Positions 1 through 7,518 of a stretch of 64,000 bases of DNA are shown here, piece after piece. A program made the translations under genes and the position numbers. Origin of the DNA: an uncultured Gammaproteobacteria bacterium. GTDB lineage: Bacteria > Pseudomonadota > Gammaproteobacteria > CAZYIF01. The first letter of the stretch is position 1. The number at the start of each line of letters is the position of its first letter. The stretch lies in contig CAZYIF010000005.1 of NCBI GenBank assembly GCA_964646995.1, positions 68,759 through 132,758 on the forward strand. The letters run 5' to 3'. Below the pieces are notes generated by a model. The model was not told the origin of the DNA. It saw only the letters and a list, made by a program, of their open reading frames with translations, and ran no database searches.

Positions 1-348
1 CAATGTTGCCATCAGACCACCAGGGCCGCTGACAAAGCCACCAAAGCCCAACACCAGATTTGGCTTGTATTTATGCAGAATCATGGCGGCTTGATAACAT
101 GACTTTACACTACACCACAGGCCAAAGAGACGCTGCAACATGCGTTTGCCACGCAACGCACGCACCTGTAGCGTAAATAAAGGGATACCTGCTTTGGGAA
201 CCAATTCCGCCTCAATGCCGGCGGTCGTCCCCAGCCACGCCACCTCCATGTCATAGTGTTGCCGCAAAGTATCCGCGACAGCGAGACCCGGCATCACATG
301 GCCACCCGTGCCACCGGCGACAATCAATATACGTTTTGTCGTATGCAT
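1..348 (-). CDS. murG: MurG (undecaprenyl-PP-MurNAc-pentapeptide GlcNAc transferase), N-terminal ~116 aa; gene runs off the window start
   Basis: My own translation of the minus strand from the ATG at 346-348 gives MHTTKRILIVAGGTGGHVMPGLAVADTLRQHYDMEVAWLGT... This includes the GGTGGH glycine loop and the overall N-terminal pattern of MurG. It is absent from the ORF track because it is truncated by the window edge. Confidence 0.6.
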   Translation of the reverse strand, partial: MHTTKRILIVAGGTGGHVMPGLAVADTLRQHYDMEVAWLGTTAGIEAELVPKAGIPLFTLQVRALRGKRMLQRLFGLWCSVKSCYQAAMILHKYKPNLVLGFGGFVSGPGGLMATL

Positions 349-437
349 GAGGAAAACACCTAAAAACGCGGATAGTAACACACTACAACCAAGAGGTTAA
401 TGTCAGACGAGACTGCTTTCTTCAAATAAGAATTCTT

Positions 438-658
438 GTAACTATTCAGCAAAGTTGCAAACCATTACGATTTTGCTTGAAAGGTAGTATTAACAGTAAT
501 GGTGCAAAAAATTTTTGCTTATTTTTCTGGTAACTAGGAACGATTCTTTACGCGATGGGGATTCTCAAGGGGAGAACCGTGATTCTCCCTTTAAGCCCAG
601 TTTTACTGGATAGGCGTAAAATCAAGGGTAACTATTCAGCATTTTGCTGAATAGTTAC
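438..658 (+). mobile_element. MITE family F2, copy 1 (221 bp), with TIR gtaactattcagc / gctgaatagttac and a terminal 31-bp hairpin, flanked by an 8-bp direct duplication gaattctt (430-437 and 659-666)
   Basis: Terminal inverted repeats and identical 8-bp flanks are seen directly. The internal core ttacgcgatggggattctcaaggggagaaccgtgattctccc is shared with other copies. Confidence 0.8.
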
Positions 659-679
659 GAATTCTTGCGCGCCAGGGGT

Positions 680-1159
680 TTAGCCTAGACCGTGGATTTC
701 ATTGATGCTATGCAAGCTACCCAATAATACGCGCAAACGCCTGTGCAGAGGTTCGGCTAGACTGTCACTAAAAAGTGGGACTTTATACCGCCAGCCTGTA
801 TGCAAACAGCGAAAGTGTAACCATAACACCTCAGCGGTTACTACGCTGTCGGGTAACAGGGTTGCGATATAACGCTCGCCGTTATGCTGCTCTATGAGCC
901 AATTCCCCTGCGCCGCATAGCTGAACGTTGTGACTGCCAACGCCATATCGAGATAAACATAACGATGCAAATGGTATTGCAGTGATAGCCAACACAACAG
1001 AGACAACAAACTTGCCAACCACCAAGGCATCGTACTGGCCCACACCACCAATACTGCAGCGGCATGCAATACACTGAGTACCGTGGCCAAATAAAGGGAA
1101 GGTTTTAATTTATAGGGACCTTTGTAGAGCATAAGCACGCACCAGCGTAATAATCTCAA
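680..1159 (-). CDS. cptA: Inner-membrane protein CptA/YgfX-like (partner of SdhE)
   Basis: It is a hydrophobic 159-aa ORF overlapping the downstream sdhE-like gene, and it conserves the ygfX-ygfY / ygfZ divergent arrangement known from enterobacteria. Confidence 0.5.
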   Translation of the reverse strand: MRLLRWCVLMLYKGPYKLKPSLYLATVLSVLHAAAVLVVWASTMPWWLASLLSLLCWLSLQYHLHRYVYLDMALAVTTFSYAAQGNWLIEQHNGERYIATLLPDSVVTAEVLWLHFRCLHTGWRYKVPLFSDSLAEPLHRRLRVLLGSLHSINEIHGLG

Positions 1160-1379
1160 GCAAAGCAGCGTCTTTGGGCTCGCTACTACCTATCAACCAG
1201 TGATATAAATCTTGATCGTTACAGTCAAGTAAACGCCGAAATAACGCCTGCTGTTCTGCGGGCAAACCGCTGTATGCATGCCGAGTAAATGGTTCCAAAA
1301 TAAGGTCCAGCTCTAACATGCCTCGTCTGCAAGCCCATAGTAGGTGGTTAATAGCGTTAGCGTAGCCGGTCTCTAACAT
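1110..1379 (-). CDS. sdhE: FAD assembly factor SdhE (YgfY family)
   Basis: It is an 89-aa ORF with SdhE-like sequence (LLWACRRGMLELDLIL...F) and it lies divergent from ygfZ. Confidence 0.65.
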   Translation of the reverse strand: MLETGYANAINHLLWACRRGMLELDLILEPFTRHAYSGLPAEQQALFRRLLDCNDQDLYHWLIGSSEPKDAALLEIITLVRAYALQRSL

Positions 1380-1398
1380 AAAATTTTACTCTCTGTGA

Positions 1399-1588
1399 TA
1401 TACCGCTCGTACTTCAAAGTGCGAATTTAAGTTAATTGTTTGCGCGGTATATTGTTTTTATGACCGGCACAAAGTAAATTTGTCCACGGTCCCCAAAGGG
1501 GCGAATCGCGGGTCTCCCCTTTGCAAACCCCATCGCGTAAAGAACAGGTCAAAATGCAAAAAGCGCATTTTGAAGTGTAATGGGTATA
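1399..1588 (-). mobile_element. MITE family F1, copy 1 (190 bp, reverse orientation). Termini are tataccgctcgtacttcaa ... cacttcaaaatgcgctttttgcattttgaagtg-taatgggtata, and TA flanks both ends
   Basis: The 25-bp imperfect TIRs, the internal hairpin ccaaaggggcgaatcgcgggtctcccctttg and the motif ccccatcgcgtaaag are all visible. It is about 80-85% identical to the other five copies. Confidence 0.8.
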
Positions 1589-1623
1589 TACTGCGCGTGA
1601 CTCAAGGATAAAGGATCTACACG

Positions 1624-2565
1624 ATGCTAACAACTATTACCGCCACTACTTTGCCAACAATCGATGCGTTGGATACGCAAGCGTATCTCTGTGACTTAGA
1701 TAACCTGGGCGTATTGGAAGTAACGGGCCAAAACGCTAAAACTTTTTTACAAGGGCAGTTGACTTGTGATCTCCATGCCATGCCGGCGGAGCGCAGTTGT
1801 TTAGCGGCATTTTGCAATGCTAAAGGTAGAATCATCGCCAGCTTGCGCATTTGGCAATCCGATGCAAGCTACCTACTCATACTGCCGCGCAACAACCTGA
1901 CACATACACTGCAACAATTACAAAAATATGCGGTGTTTTCCCGTGTCACATTAAGCGATAGATCTGCCGAGCAAGCCGTATTCGGCTGGTTGGGTAACGC
2001 CCCGCCGCCACTACCTCTTAGCTTACCCAATGCGCTCAACCAAGTGGTGTCGGAGTCTGCAACCCAACACTGCATACAGATCAGTACGCTACCACAACGT
2101 TATTTATTCATTGCCAACCTTGATACGGCAAAGCGATTATGGCGTGACTTATACACACCACAACGGCATGTACCGGTTGCATTGTGGGAACTCTGCGATA
2201 TACGCATGAAACTGGCTCACGTGGATCACCGCAGTAGTGAATTGTTTACGCCGCATGACCTAGACTATCCACAACAAGGCGCCGTGAGTTTTTCCAAAGG
2301 ATGTTACGTCGGGCAAGAGATTATTGCACGCATGCAACACTTAGGTAAATTAAAAAAACATTTGTCAGTCTGCCAAGGAACGATGCAACAGCTACCACAA
2401 CCAGGTACCGCCTTAATTAATCCACAGACGCTGACAGTAGGTCATATTGTAAATGCCGCAATAGATGCCACAGGCAACTGCCTTGCGTTGGCTGTTGTTG
2501 ATGACAGCGCAATAGGCGAGATCCTACACACCTCGGATCATCAAACCACGTTGCGCTGCATCTAA
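1624..2565 (+). CDS. ygfZ: tRNA-modifying folate-binding protein YgfZ
   Basis: The 313-aa ORF has an aminomethyltransferase-like N-terminus (LEVTGQNAKTFLQGQLTCD). Divergent from sdhE as in E. coli. Confidence 0.75.
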   Translation: MLTTITATTLPTIDALDTQAYLCDLDNLGVLEVTGQNAKTFLQGQLTCDLHAMPAERSCLAAFCNAKGRIIASLRIWQSDASYLLILPRNNLTHTLQQLQKYAVFSRVTLSDRSAEQAVFGWLGNAPPPLPLSLPNALNQVVSESATQHCIQISTLPQRYLFIANLDTAKRLWRDLYTPQRHVPVALWELCDIRMKLAHVDHRSSELFTPHDLDYPQQGAVSFSKGCYVGQEIIARMQHLGKLKKHLSVCQGTMQQLPQPGTALINPQTLTVGHIVNAAIDATGNCLALAVVDDSAIGEILHTSDHQTTLRCI

Positions 2566-2583
2566 ACCTATTGTGCTTATGCA

Positions 2584-2774
2584 TATACCCATTCCACTTC
2601 AAAATGCGCTTTTTGCATTTTGCAGTGTTCTCTGCGCGATGGGGTTTGCCAAGGGGAGAATCGCGTATCGATCCTTGGGTGAGCGAGCGAAAATTTACTT
2701 TTCGTAGGTCTAGAAACAGGATATACCGCGCGACTTACCTATCAACGTTCGCATCTTGAAGTACGAGCGGTATA
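2584..2774 (+). mobile_element. MITE family F1, copy 2 (191 bp, forward)
   Basis: It reads tatacccattccacttcaaaatgcgctttttgcattttgcagtg ... ttacgcgatgggg ... ccaaggggagaatcgcgtatcgatccttgg ... cgcatcttgaagtacgagcggtata, with TA flanks. Confidence 0.8.
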
Positions 2775-2839
2775 GACTTGTTTTATCGCGTATTGCGTCA
2801 TAACATACGATTTCCTGAGACAGCATATAGGTTTATGCG

Positions 2840-3505
2840 ATGGCTATACCACACGATCTGCTCGTCACCTTGTTAATCTGGCTAATTCCTGGCATTTTTG
2901 CTATCACGCTGCATGAAGCGGCGCACGGTTACGCAGCCACTGTATTCGGTGACCCTACGGCTGCACGACTGAGGCGTTTATCGCTGAATCCACTCCGTCA
3001 TATTTCATTAATAGGCACGCTGATCATGCCGATTACGCTCCTATTGATGGGATCGCACATCCTTTTTGGTTGGGCTAAGCCAGTACCCGTCAACACGCAC
3101 AACCTGGCCCACCCACGGCGCGATTTAGCCTGTATTGCGTTGGCCGGACCATTGGCAAATTTAGCGATGGCTTGCCTATGGGCCTGTGTTATCAAACTGA
3201 TTTACGCCAACGGGTTCCTGCATATTCCAGGCGTCGGTCTGCTACGCGCTATGGCCAATGCGGGAATCATGCTTAATTTATTATTGATGTGCTTTAATCT
3301 ATTGCCGATTCCCCCCTTAGACGGCGCCAAAATCATTGCCGTATTTTTTCCGCAACTGTTTGCTAAATTCTGGGATAAATTCCAAAACGTGGGTTGGATT
3401 CTGTTGCTTATGCTAGTTTATTTCAATCTCTTAGATAAGATAATCAGCCCTGCCTTGGGCCTTGGACGTCGCCTGTTGTTTGCCGTATTTAACATTAATT
3501 CGTGA
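2840..3505 (+). CDS. Site-2 protease (M50)-like integral membrane zinc metalloprotease
   Basis: HEAAHG (HExxH) lies in the first TM helix, and the 221-aa protein is multi-spanning and hydrophobic. Its stop codon TGA sits inside a degenerate F2 hairpin arm (cgTGActata). Confidence 0.55.
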   Translation: MAIPHDLLVTLLIWLIPGIFAITLHEAAHGYAATVFGDPTAARLRRLSLNPLRHISLIGTLIMPITLLLMGSHILFGWAKPVPVNTHNLAHPRRDLACIALAGPLANLAMACLWACVIKLIYANGFLHIPGVGLLRAMANAGIMLNLLLMCFNLLPIPPLDGAKIIAVFFPQLFAKFWDKFQNVGWILLLMLVYFNLLDKIISPALGLGRRLLFAVFNINS

Positions 3506-3722
3506 CTATATCTATTACACTTCAAAATGCGCTTTTTGCATTTTAAAGTGTTCGCTACGTGATGGGGTTTCCCAAGGGGAGAATCGCGTATCGATCCTTG
3601 GGTGACCCCGTGCACACCTACTTTGTGTAGGTCTAAAAACAGGATATACCGCGCGACTTACCCATCAAACTCCGCATCTTGAAGTACGAGTGGTATATTC
3701 AGCAACATGCTGAATAGTTCTA
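3498..3722 (+). mobile_element. Composite element: an F2 terminal hairpin (cgtgactata ... ttcagcaacatgctgaatagttc) split by an F1 copy (3507-3697) inserted at the hairpin TA
   Basis: The left flank gtgactaTA and right flank TAttcagcaacatgctgaatagttc reconstruct an F2 hairpin. The F1 copy is left-truncated (tatatctattacacttcaaaatgcg...) and has an in-frame stop in its MRFLHF reading frame. Confidence 0.7.
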
Positions 3723-5396
3723 TTAATTCTTGGTGGGTACATCGCGTAAAGCACGACGTAAAATTTTGCCTATGTTTGATTTAGGTAGTGCATCAGTAAA
3801 CACAATAATTTTAGGTAATTTATAGCGTGTTAAGTGTTGCTCGCAATACGCTAGTACGTCGGCGCTGGTTAAATCTGCTTGCTTTTTCACAATAAACGCT
3901 TTGACTTGTTCATTGCCCTCTGCATCGGTTACACCAATTATCGCGACTTCTAACACGCCTGGACAACTGGCGATGACATTTTCTACTTCCGTGGGATACA
4001 CATTGAATCCTGATATTAGGATCATGTCTTTTTTGCGATCGACCAGATAGATAAAGCCCTTGTCATCCATGGTGGCAATATCCCCCGTTGTTAACCAACC
4101 ATCTGCACTCAGTACAGTGGCTGTTTCGTCGGGTTGTTGCCAATAGCCTCGCATCACTTGCGGCCCGCGCACACACAATTCACCCGTTTCACCTTGCGCT
4201 ACTTCCTCGCCGTTATCACGGCGTATACTGATTTCGGTAGAAGGCAATGGCAATCCTATGCTGGCATTGAAGCATGGCTGTGATGGCAAATTTACCGTAA
4301 CAACCGGGCTTGCTTCGGTTAACCCATAACCTTCAACAATCGGAACGCCGGTGCGCGCGTGCCAAGCATCTGCTACTGCTTTTTGCACTGGCATGCCACC
4401 TCCCACCGCTAATTTTACGTGTGCGACGTGTGCACGTGTAAACTGCGGAGTATGTAATAACGCGTTATATAAGGTATTAACCGCTGTCATTGCCGTGATC
4501 GGATAACGTTTGAATTCAGTGATAATACTCCGCATATCGCGCGGATTGATCACTAACACATTGCGCGCACCAAATGAAAAAAAACTCAAACAATTACAGG
4601 TTAACGAAAAAATATGGTACAAGGGCAATGGCGTTAATACGGTTTCACCCGACTCTTGGATAAGCGGCTTAAACCAACTACGTATTTGCAACACATTGGC
4701 GACTATGTTTGCATGGGTTAACATGGCGCCTTTGGCTATGCCAGTCGTGCCACCGGTGTATTGTAAAAATGCCAAATCATCCGCTTGTGTATCCACCGCT
4801 TGCAGTTGTTTACGTCGCCCCTGGCGTAAGGCCTTACGCCAGCAGATAGCCTGTGGGAGATGATAGGCAGGAACCATTTTTTTTATGTGTTTAACACTGG
4901 CATTGACGAGTTGAGATTTAACCCAAGGATACGCATCGCCTAATTGCGTCACCATAACATGTGGCATCGTCACTGAACGCAATGCGCGCTCCACCGTGCA
5001 TGCCATATTTGCCAACACCACAATCAACGCGGTACCGCTATCTTGTAATTGATGCACGAGTTCATCAACGGTATACAGGGGATTCACGTTAACGACCACC
5101 ATCCCTGCGAGCAAACTGCCAAACATCGCAATGGGATATTGCAAAACATTAGGTAGCATCAATGCGACCCGTGATCCACGTGGCAAACACAGTTCCTGCT
5201 GTAAGTAGGCAGCAAAGGACTGTGCACGGCTATACAGTTGTTTATAACTCAGCTCAGTACCCAGTGAACTGTAAGCGGGTGCATCGCCATATTTGGCACA
5301 ACACGCTTGGAAAAAAGCAGAAACGGATGCATAAGTCTGCGTATCGACCGTCGCAGGCACGCCCTCCGAATAGCTTTTTAGCCAAATTTTATCCAT
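3723..5396 (-). CDS. fadD: Long-chain fatty-acid--CoA ligase (FadD-like, AMP-binding superfamily)
   Basis: The AMP-binding motif YTGGTTGIAKGAMLTH is present and the C-terminus is FadD-like. I take the start as MDKIWLKSY (5396) rather than the track's upstream M at 5474. Confidence 0.75.
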   Translation of the reverse strand: MDKIWLKSYSEGVPATVDTQTYASVSAFFQACCAKYGDAPAYSSLGTELSYKQLYSRAQSFAAYLQQELCLPRGSRVALMLPNVLQYPIAMFGSLLAGMVVVNVNPLYTVDELVHQLQDSGTALIVVLANMACTVERALRSVTMPHVMVTQLGDAYPWVKSQLVNASVKHIKKMVPAYHLPQAICWRKALRQGRRKQLQAVDTQADDLAFLQYTGGTTGIAKGAMLTHANIVANVLQIRSWFKPLIQESGETVLTPLPLYHIFSLTCNCLSFFSFGARNVLVINPRDMRSIITEFKRYPITAMTAVNTLYNALLHTPQFTRAHVAHVKLAVGGGMPVQKAVADAWHARTGVPIVEGYGLTEASPVVTVNLPSQPCFNASIGLPLPSTEISIRRDNGEEVAQGETGELCVRGPQVMRGYWQQPDETATVLSADGWLTTGDIATMDDKGFIYLVDRKKDMILISGFNVYPTEVENVIASCPGVLEVAIIGVTDAEGNEQVKAFIVKKQADLTSADVLAYCEQHLTRYKLPKIIVFTDALPKSNIGKILRRALRDVPTKN

Positions 5397-5488
5397 ATCT
5401 TCTTCCTTGTGGTATCGTGTAAATGCTTGACAGCGCTGCATTGCCACCATATCTTGACTAGCCAGGAAAAACAAGGCGACACGTAAAG

Positions 5489-6202
5489 ATGAATGCTGAA
5501 GCGCAAGAAGCTGTTTTACTCAAGGGTAGTTTGTTTACCCTCACTGTATTGCAACTGCTGACCACCGATTTGGATAAAATTGCCTCGCACCTGCACGTGC
5601 TGACTAAGCAACTACCCAACTTCTTTCAGTACACGCCCATCGTCATTGACTTACAGCACATAGCCAGTGGAACGGATATCGATTTAATGGCCATAAACCA
5701 AGCGTTACGGGCGCGTTACATGATACCGGTAGGTGTGCGTAATTATGATGCAGGCTTGCACCCTGCCATCATCGCGGCTGGGTTAGCCATGTTACCGGCT
5801 GAAAAGGCAACTAAAACTCAGCCACAACAAGCTGTCAACTTGCCTAAGCCTAAAGAATTGCAGCAAGAACTCCCCTACGTACCCTCTAAATTGGTTACCC
5901 AACCCGTGCGCTCGGGACAACAGATTTATGCGCAAGGTGGTGACTTAATCGTTTTGTCATCGGTCAGCAACGGAGCGGAATTATTGGCTGACGGCCATAT
6001 TCACGTCTATGGCAATTTACGTGGTCGCGCATTAGCAGGTATCAATGGTGATAAGAACGCACGCATTTTTTGCAAGCATCTCGAGGCAGAATTAGTTTCG
6101 ATTGCTGGTTTCTACCGGATTAAAGAAGACTTGCCACCCACTTCCTATGCAATGACGCAAATTTACTTAGAAAAGGAACATCTTGTTATCGATGAGGCAT
6201 AA
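5489..6202 (+). CDS. minC: Septum site-determining protein MinC
   Basis: 237 aa. It is the first gene of a minCDE operon, and the C-terminal beta-helical region (HIHVYGNLRGRALAG) is typical of MinC. Confidence 0.8.
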   Translation: MNAEAQEAVLLKGSLFTLTVLQLLTTDLDKIASHLHVLTKQLPNFFQYTPIVIDLQHIASGTDIDLMAINQALRARYMIPVGVRNYDAGLHPAIIAAGLAMLPAEKATKTQPQQAVNLPKPKELQQELPYVPSKLVTQPVRSGQQIYAQGGDLIVLSSVSNGAELLADGHIHVYGNLRGRALAGINGDKNARIFCKHLEAELVSIAGFYRIKEDLPPTSYAMTQIYLEKEHLVIDEA

Positions 6203-6273
6203 AGCCCCTACCCCATGCGTTAAAAGTACGGTATCATCGCCTCTCTTATTAAACTCGCAGTGAGGAGCTAACA

Positions 6274-7107
6274 TTGGCTGAAGTAATCGTAACAACCTCG
6301 GGTAAGGGTGGTGTTGGTAAAACGACAACCAGTGCCGCGTTCGCGACTGGACTTGCCCTTAAAGGCCATAAAACAGCCGTCATCGATTTTGACATTGGTT
6401 TACGTAACTTGGATTTGATCATGGGTTGTGAACGTCGTGTGATCTATGACCTTGTCAACGTCATCAATCAAGATGCCAATCTCAAGCAAGCATTGATCCG
6501 TGACAAGCGTTGCGACAATCTTTTCATATTGCCCGCGTCACAAACACGCGACAAAGACGCGCTCAACAAGGCCGGCGTAGAGCGTGTCATCAACGAATTA
6601 AAAGACCAAGGCTTCGAATACATCGTCTGTGATTCCCCCGCAGGTATAGAGCGTGGGGCATTAATGGCGTTGTACTTTGCCGATCAAGCCCTGATCGTCA
6701 CAAATCCCGAAGTGTCTTCCGTGCGTGATTCTGATCGCATTTTAGGCTTGTTGGCCAGCAAGTCAAAACGCGCCGAAGACGGACTCAAACCAATTAAAGA
6801 GCATTTAATCGTAACACGCTATGTACCCCAACGCGTGGAAGGTGGCGACATGCTGAGTTTAGCCGATGTTCAAGAAATTTTATCTATTCCCTTGCTAGGT
6901 GTCATTCCTGAATCGCCGTCAGTGTTACGCGCGTCTAATGCAGGCGTACCGGTGATCATGGATGAAATGAGCGATGCGGGCCAAGCCTACGAAGACACGG
7001 TAAAACGCTTCTTAGGTGAAGACACCCCGTTCCGCTTTTTACATACTGAGAAAAAAGGCTTATTCCACCGCTTGTTTGGGCGTAAACGTGAGGAGAGTGC
7101 AGTATGA
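6274..7107 (+). CDS. minD: Septum site-determining ATPase MinD
   Basis: It carries the deviant Walker A motif [12 protein letters not shown] start ([13 protein letters not shown]). 277 aa. Confidence 0.9.
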   Translation: MAEVIVTTSGKGGVGKTTTSAAFATGLALKGHKTAVIDFDIGLRNLDLIMGCERRVIYDLVNVINQDANLKQALIRDKRCDNLFILPASQTRDKDALNKAGVERVINELKDQGFEYIVCDSPAGIERGALMALYFADQALIVTNPEVSSVRDSDRILGLLASKSKRAEDGLKPIKEHLIVTRYVPQRVEGGDMLSLADVQEILSIPLLGVIPESPSVLRASNAGVPVIMDEMSDAGQAYEDTVKRFLGEDTPFRFLHTEKKGLFHRLFGRKREESAV

Positions 7108-7409
7108 GTTTTTTCAAACGTTTTCTACGCAGTAGTCATGCTATTCCTAAGCACAATACCGCAAAAATGGCAAAAGAACGTTTGCAGATTATCGTGTCGC
7201 ATGAACGTTCGCAGCGCAATAACAATGATTTTTTACCCTTGTTGCAAAAAGAATTGGTGGATGTCATCGCCAAATATGTATCGATAGATAAGGACCAAGT
7301 AAAAGTTGAATTAGGTCGGGTCGGTGAATGCTCTATCCTAGAGTTGAACATCACACTACCTGAATTCAATCCAACGGCCATTCCCGAAGAAGACACAGAG
7401 ACCATATAG
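7104..7409 (+). CDS. minE: Cell division topological specificity factor MinE
   Basis: 101 aa. Its start overlaps the minD stop (ATGA), and the sequence is MinE-like ([13 protein letters not shown]). Confidence 0.8.
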   Translation: MSFFKRFLRSSHAIPKHNTAKMAKERLQIIVSHERSQRNNNDFLPLLQKELVDVIAKYVSIDKDQVKVELGRVGECSILELNITLPEFNPTAIPEEDTETI

Positions 7410-7427
7410 TTTTTTCGTGACCCTGTG

Positions 7428-7471
7428 CGGTGCTTGGGGTGTTTAACTCACCCCAAGCCGTGGCTTTTTTA
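7428..7471. terminator. Bidirectional rho-independent terminator between convergent minE and the ankyrin gene
   Basis: The stem gcttggggtg / caccccaagc (7432-7458) is followed by ctttttta and preceded by an A/T run on the opposite strand. Confidence 0.6.
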
Positions 7472-7518
7472 TCAAATTAGCGTTGTTGCTTGATTAACTC
7501 ATCAGTCAGCCCCAATTT

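Noticed and set aside
2571-2759. Short ORFs inside F1 MITEs that encode a recurring MRFLHF(A/E)VF..RWGF peptide (track ORFs 2571-2759, 12772-13035, 23349-23588, 53526-53708)
   Set aside because: The peptide similarity simply mirrors the DNA conservation of the terminal hairpin (aaaATGCGCTTTTTGCATTTTg). The frames terminate at different positions in each copy, with an early stop in copy 3 at about 3560. There is no RBS and the ATG lies inside a stable hairpin.
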